Translations under genes and position numbers: made by a program
Shown: positions 57,973 to 64,000 of the stretch, in pieces
Numbering within the stretch: position 1 is the first letter of the stretch
Layout of the letters: each line of letters begins with the position of its first letter
NCBI GenBank assembly: GCA_010909165.1
Contig: MU008193.1
Location: forward strand, 353,631-417,630
Length of the DNA stretch: 64,000 nucleotides
Origin: Anthoceros angustus
Taxonomy: Eukaryota > Plantae > Anthocerotophyta
Direction: 5' to 3'
Notes under the pieces: generated by a model
Told to the model about the DNA's origin: nothing
Database searches by the model: none
What the model saw: the letters and a program-made list of their open reading frames with translations, nothing else

Positions 57973-59789
57973 CAAGAAATGATACATATTCAAAAGTTTT
58001 AAATGGTGAAAATATAAAATATATACAAGTATTGGGTGGGCTCCCGTGTTGATATTGCGGGTACCCAGCCTCTTCTGTTGCGTAGGCTGACGCTTTCTGG
58101 AAAAATAGATAGGACCTTGGACACCATTTCGACTTCTCGTAAAGACTTTGAGTGAGAAGCTAAAGATGACATTGTATAGTTTATGATGACAAGGCAAGGT
58201 CATCCAAGTAGCATGCATTTTGGTTTTGCATTTTCTGAGAACGTTCCCTAACTAGGAATGTGTGTGAAATAAACTGGATCTTCTATAATTAACAAAGATG
58301 AGTGATCTCATCTACACCGGCAATGTGAAAAAGAAACCATTGAAGGGCACCAGAGTTTGAGCACTATGCTTCAAGAAAATTTGTTCAAAAAACTCTAATA
58401 TCCTACAACACCTACAATCTTGAAGTTTGGAATTTGAAATGGCCTACCTACTGTCAAGATTGTTAAAGAACCGTCCCTGTTTAGCTGTCATTCGAAATTA
58501 TACTTGCGAAAGCCATATGGAGGGAATGTACAATGAACATCGGTCGTTTTGAAGAATGCCAAGAAGTAGGAACGGGGGAGTCCCTACAGGTGGTAAATAA
58601 TATGTATTTGTATATTTGCCATCCTACTCATAAAGTAGTTGCGTAACAAGCATTGGTGAAACATGATAGAAAGTGAACGCAGTTAAAGTATAGCTAAGCT
58701 ATCTAGTAGCTGCCCTGTGAAGTAGCTGTAGGTATTGAACTAAGAGAGGACTCATGCATGCAACTTCTAGAGATAATATTGCTCCAGAGAGAAAGGGACT
58801 TGTTGCACGAGATAAGCACTTGCATTCATTTGGACACTTCCTCAACAACCAAACAAAAAAAATCTAGTATACAAATATAGGTGCAAACCAATAACAATAG
58901 GAGAGAGTAACTCGCACGTCGTAGCATAAACACACTCTCCCCACGAGAACAACACTTAAATTCCTCACACATCGCTCTCGGGGTCATATCTTTGGCCTCC
59001 TCAAAACACTCTTGTATTGCACATCTAAAGGATAAGCTATGATCTGAGCTTGTCCTCTATGCAAGGGTCTATATATACTAGTCCTTGGCATCGGCATATT
59101 CCTAAGATATCCTATTGGCATCAGCATATGCCGTAAATATCATAAGAATACAATATAATATGCAAGAAATATCCTAAAGCATATTATTTTTATTTATCTA
59201 TTGACTATTTCTAATAAGGTTTAATTAATACAAATCAACACTTAATTAAAGTAAGCACTTTAGATTAATTAATACGAATTACTTACTTAAAGATAAGTAA
59301 TTAGATTAATTAACATTAATCAAACACTAAACCCAAGCGCTCAAATTAGTGTCACACGCATGACAGACTTTTAGAGATTGTGTGGTGTGCAAGGATAGCA
59401 GTTGCCTAGGTAGGGCCAGCCCCCGCGATATATCAAGGCTAGCCTTAGAGCTTGGAACTCATCCATTGCGCGATTTATGTTGAAAGCCTACAAAAGTGAT
59501 GCAATTTGTGAACTTCTTGGTGGACTTCTTCTTTTATATCAAGGCATTAGATAATTGTGAGATAACATGCCTCCAATGCATTATTGATGTTCAAGTAATA
59601 CTATTTGTACTATAAATATATGAACTAGAGGTTGTGTATATAGCTCTTAATGGATATCACCTAGTAAACAATGAACACTACTACAACCAACCCATGTATG
59701 CGTATTTCTTAAAAAATAAAATTGTCAAGGATGAAGCTTCTTTTTTTAGCAGTTTAAGGATGAAGCTCTTTCAACATTAGACTATGTAC

Positions 59790-60560
59790 CAATGAATATT
59801 GTTTGCAAAGGCGCAAGTGACATGGTATATAAGTACATTATCAAAAACACAAGAGAGGAATATGCTTGTAAAGTGATAGAAAAAAGCCTAAGATCGAATT
59901 ATGCAATACAGAAATATAGAATCTATTAACTCTTCGTAAAACAAGAAATATAGAATCTATTAACTCTTCATAATATACCTATATAGTATATGGAATTGAT
60001 ACGAAAGTCTTTATTATCATGGAATTTTGAGATGAGAGTTAACATAATTATTTGAAAATAAAAGGACCGTGCCATGAGCAACAACCAATATGTAGAATGG
60101 ATAACATTATGGAAGCTATTTTACATTTTCATAAAAATCATATAATTCATTGTAATGTAAAATCAAATAATATTATACTTCAAAGGTGTGGGCAATCCAA
60201 ATTGACAAACTTCGGGTTGGCTCTCTCAAGTTATGGGCACATATGCTCACCTTGCCATTATTTCTGGAGCCATGTATGGCTGAGTTCCATACAATCCTGT
60301 GTACCTAGAACAAAAGTTGACATACGGAGTGCGGGTGTCGTGTTTTATGAATTATTTTTTGGAGATGCTTATTATAAGAAAATACCTTTACATGAAGTTA
60401 TAGAGAGTAAAATAAAGTCAAATATCTTTAAATGATGTCTCACTTAAGATCCCTAAAGTTGCACACGATTTTTTCCACTTGATGTTGCACCCTCTTGAGA
60501 ATAGCAAACCATATGCTGAATAAGTTCTACGAAATCCATGGTTTAGAGCATATGGTAATA
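59790..60560 (+). pseudogene. Degenerate AT-rich Ser/Thr protein kinase relic
   Basis: CKGASDMVYK (I), YACKVI (II), IIHCNVKSNNI (VIb, catalytic Asp lost), LTNFGLA (VII), DIRSAGVVFYEL (IX), VLRNPWF (XI); stops. Confidence 0.8.
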
Positions 60561-60724
60561 GTTGGAAATACTAATAGTATACTCTACAGAAATATATAGA
60601 TGTATATTAAAGTTCGCAGTAGTATATAGAAGCCTTCTCATCAAAATAAGAAATATTACCACCAATACTCAAAGAAAGTGTTACTCAAATCGGCCACTCC
60701 ATTCACGAGGGATTGGATGTACAT

Positions 60725-61010
60725 AGTTAGTTAATGTGTGTCCAAACGGTTTAGGCCAAATGGACACATGTTTACAAAATCGTGAATGCACGCAGTTAGT
60801 TAATGTTTGTCCAAATGGCTTAGGCCAAATGAACACACGTCTACAAAATCATGCTTGCTACTTTGATCGGTACATAGATGGGCTGCCTAGAAGGAATGAA
60901 TGCCTTTGGTGCTAGTAGCTTCGGCACACCATGATACAATGGTTGTCAAGTGTCAAGTCTTATGATAGGAAAATTCTATCGAAACAGACTATAATAGACT
61001 TCTTCTTCTT
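60725..61010 (+). mobile_element. Diverged, longer SINE-like copy C with a duplicated 5' hairpin module (about 66 bp x2)
   Basis: GATCGGTAC.TAGATGGG..GCC..GAAGGAATG body; hairpin GTGTGTCCA...TGGACACA; (TTC)n tail. Confidence 0.55.
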
Positions 61011-61494
61011 TTACTTGGAATATTTTAAATATGGACTTCATACATTTGAATTTAGAGTTAATCACCTCATTTTCTTTCCTTGAGATAACCATTGTAGGAT
61101 TACGAAGCAAAGAGCATACATGTAGGGAGAAAGAGGAGAAATAGAAACAGCCCTAGTGAGCCGGAGCTTGGTAAGGAAATGTGCTCTTGATGAAAAGGAA
61201 CAAAAGGAAAGATGTTATACCAAAGACGAAAGAGCTCAAAAAATTTGTCTTCATCGTGGATTGGAAAGGGTAGATTATTCACTTTTCTAATTAAAATAAG
61301 TATGTCTCGTTCGTCTTAAAAAAAATACAATTGTATATGTATTTGAGCTATCACAGCCTCAAAAATGAGGTTGATCTCTTCGTGCTTGTGTAATGGCTTT
61401 CTTAGAGGCACCGATGTCCATCGCCCTACGCCAACGGAATCTAGCACGAGCAAACGTAGGCGACGCAACATCTTCGTGGTCGGTAGACCCTTTC

Positions 61495-62262
61495 TTATCC
61501 CGGACTATGACATTCTTGCCTGATAGGTGGTGTGAAGATGGGCGATCGCGGGAGCTTGTTCCCTTTGGCCTGATGCCCTCCAGAAGGTTGTTCCTTCTGT
61601 CTCGGGCTAGATGAGAATTCCCAACTCTTTTCTAAAAGAAGACTCCGCGTTCCTCTTTGAACTAACCCAAATTCCATCGCCCTATGCTCTGCAAGCAGCT
61701 CGTCCATCCGGTCGGCGAAAACATTGTTATACTCAAGGAGACTACCCCTCTGCTTACGGAGCCGAAGCTTCTCGGCAATGAGTCGATTCCGACAGTCTTC
61801 ATTCTTCCTTATTTTCTCCAGCACCTCGTTTAGTTGCTCCTGCAGCTTGTTCTTTTCCTCTTGCAATTTCTTGCTTTTCTCCTGCACCTTGGCTATTTTA
61901 TCGTCCAGCTGTTCCATTTTAATGTCCTGCAAGAGCTTGACGATGTCCTTTTTCGTCTCCTCGATGCCCAGTTCGGCCATATCTGCCGTGAGCCGAGCCA
62001 TAGCTGGAAGAGCTGGTGTATTTTCCCGCAATCTCCGTGCAGCTGCAAATCCAGCGATCTGCTGCATCGAAGAAATGAAAAAGATGTTGCAGAGTGTGAA
62101 CAAAGTTCCACCCGCTTGCGCCCCCGAGAGAGCCCTTGCCCCGGCTGTGAGCAGGCCTCCTGGATTGGGTGCGCTGCGCGTAAATAGATCTTGGCGAGGC
62201 TCGGCTGAGGATCCATGGGGCAGATCTAAAGGCTCTGGGAAGAAGCGTTTCCGTACTTGCAC
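61495..62262 (-). CDS. Orphan coiled-coil protein (255-aa ORF; may have upstream exons)
   Basis: Long heptad-like E/K/Q/L-rich stretch; no family recognised. Confidence 0.5.
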   Translation of the reverse strand: MQVRKRFFPEPLDLPHGSSAEPRQDLFTRSAPNPGGLLTAGARALSGAQAGGTLFTLCNIFFISSMQQIAGFAAARRLRENTPALPAMARLTADMAELGIEETKKDIVKLLQDIKMEQLDDKIAKVQEKSKKLQEEKNKLQEQLNEVLEKIRKNEDCRNRLIAEKLRLRKQRGSLLEYNNVFADRMDELLAEHRAMEFGLVQRGTRSLLLEKSWEFSSSPRQKEQPSGGHQAKGNKLPRSPIFTPPIRQECHSPG

Positions 62263-62963
62263 TTCTTGGCTTTCCAGATTCCTTGCCCTCTAGTTTCCAA
62301 AGACGGAATATTGCACAATCCTGAAACTTGTTAATCTCCAGCAATGCCCCGATGGCGCACTCTTGCTCTTCGTGCACTTCTACAGTGAGCCGAAAGCGGC
62401 CAGAGCTGCCGCTCCCAGCATTGCACAGGGCAAGTGAGCCACCCGCATGACTGCATACTGTTAGTACACTGAGGAATGTGAATGCCATCCGATTCGTCGT
62501 GCACTTTGTGAAACAAATCAAGGACTGCTTCGCTGTGGATTATCAGTGACAGTAGACAGGCTGTAGAGTGACATCACTGACTTGTGAGAAGAGCCTTCAC
62601 TTACCATTGTCAAAGGCCTCTGCTGCCCTCGACGCATCATGTTGAATCAACACTGCACTGTTCCCAGGGCTTGGATCCTTAAAGCGGGTCTCTATCTTTC
62701 ACCACTACCAGGATAAACATTCATCCTTGCAAATTGGTCCATGACACTGCCGATAGAACCTTCCTCTCCACGCAATGTTGCAGGTTGCTGCACACACAGC
62801 TGCCGAATTCAGGCACAACAAGCCATTTGTCGATACCCAGCAAGCGCTCAATGTTCGAGCCCTAGCTCGGCATACCCAGCCATCAGAACATTCCATGTCC
62901 CCACATCCTTTCTCCCCGTGCTGACCGGTAATTAACCGGGAGAGGGGTACAGTAGAGGTGTAT

Positions 62964-63307
62964 GAAGAAGAAGAAGAAGAATTTTATTGAAGTCCACTAA
63001 GGACGGATTTCCGTCATGGGTATGCCTAAGCTACTTGCACCAAGGGCATCCATTCCCTTTAGGCACCCCATCTAAGTACCGATCCAAGCACAGGATGTTT
63101 AATAACCCTGTTCTTATAAATGTAGAATTTTATGTAAGTCCACTAAGGACGGATTTCCGTCATGGGACTTGGTACTTAACAACTTGTACCATGGTATGCC
63201 TAAGCTACTTGCACCAAGGGCATCATTTCCTTTAGGCACCCCATCTAAGTATCAATCCAAGTGGATGCTTAATAACCATGTTCTTATAAATGTGTGTCCA
63301 TTTGGAC
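62964..63307 (-). mobile_element. SINE-like copy D with an internal tandem duplication
   Basis: AAGTCCACTAAGGACGGATTTCCGTCATGGG occurs twice (about 62990 and 63137); (GAA)n on the plus strand. Confidence 0.65.
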
Positions 63308-64000
63308 CATGGTATGGATCATGAGTGTTTACACCGGTCATCGGCTCTGCTTCACGTGATTATTTCACGTTCTTGCTAAGCTTTCCTGATTCCTCAGGGA
63401 AGAGTCTGATCAATCGTTCCATTGTCCCAGTCTTGCAAGTTGATTATCCAACAACATAGGCGGCCCTGGAAAAAGAATTGGAAGTCACCGGGAAGGAAAT
63501 CTTGTGCGCCTGATTGATATTTCACGTTCTAGTCTGATCAATCGTTCCATAGGTTGCATATGCTTACGACGCTAAGGGAAGATGCTTAGGATGCTAAGGA
63601 TGGATGATTAGGATGCTAAGGACACATGCTTAGGATGCTAAGTGCGATAGAAGGCGAGGATGGTAAGGGTTGGCTCCCTCCCACAAAGCCAACATTATCC
63701 GAACCAAATTGTAAAGTTTCAAACATGAAAAGACAAATCAAAAGTAGTTTGAGTTATTTGAGTAGTCAATACATTATATAATATTAAAAATAAATTAGAG
63801 TGATTGAAGAATTTTGTCACTTTAAATAATTTTCAATAATAAATCATGATCAATGATCCTTGATTATTTAATTATAGTTTGAATTTTGAAACCCGACATG
63901 CTCACATGTCCTAGTTTATAGGGTGACATGAGTATGCAAAAGAGTGTGTCTAAAGAACGCCGCAAATAGTGTGTTACGGTGTGGTAGAGTGGCAGCCCAT

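Noticed and set aside
58400-59150. Copia integrase/LTR-like traces
   Set aside because: Similarity is too weak to define boundaries or a family.

Overview
Eukaryotic nuclear DNA from a non-seed land plant, most likely a hornwort. The basis is spliceosomal introns plus PLS-class PPR editing-factor genes with three lineage-diagnostic C-terminal variants: a PGQSWWTD (WW) box, a KP-type domain with HAEK, and a DRH ending. All domain calls come from motifs read by eye; no database search was run. The main candidate novel system is at 1 to about 17 kb, a large DNA-transposon-like cluster. It holds a DUF7869-type DDE transposase-like gene, two divergent beta-class N4/N6 DNA amino-methyltransferase-like genes that both carry a non-canonical DLPRG motif IV, ParB-like (GGNH) domains, and dense GCGCGCAAGT arrays and palindromes in its non-coding parts. 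Reading frames there are broken by many small indels that look partly like long-read consensus noise. The rest of the window holds a SYF1 pseudogene with a tandem duplication, an AT-rich island with an OTU protease ORF, tRNA-Val(AAC), an 11S-globulin-like bicupin and three intronless RRM1-less PABP-like paralogs. It also has a SABATH methyltransferase, an intact KP-type PPR-DYW gene head-to-head with RNA Pol III subunit RPC10, a PDF-motif/PPR-DYW fusion pseudogene, Gypsy remnants, a (TTC)n-tailed SINE-like family, a kinase relic and an orphan coiled-coil ORF.
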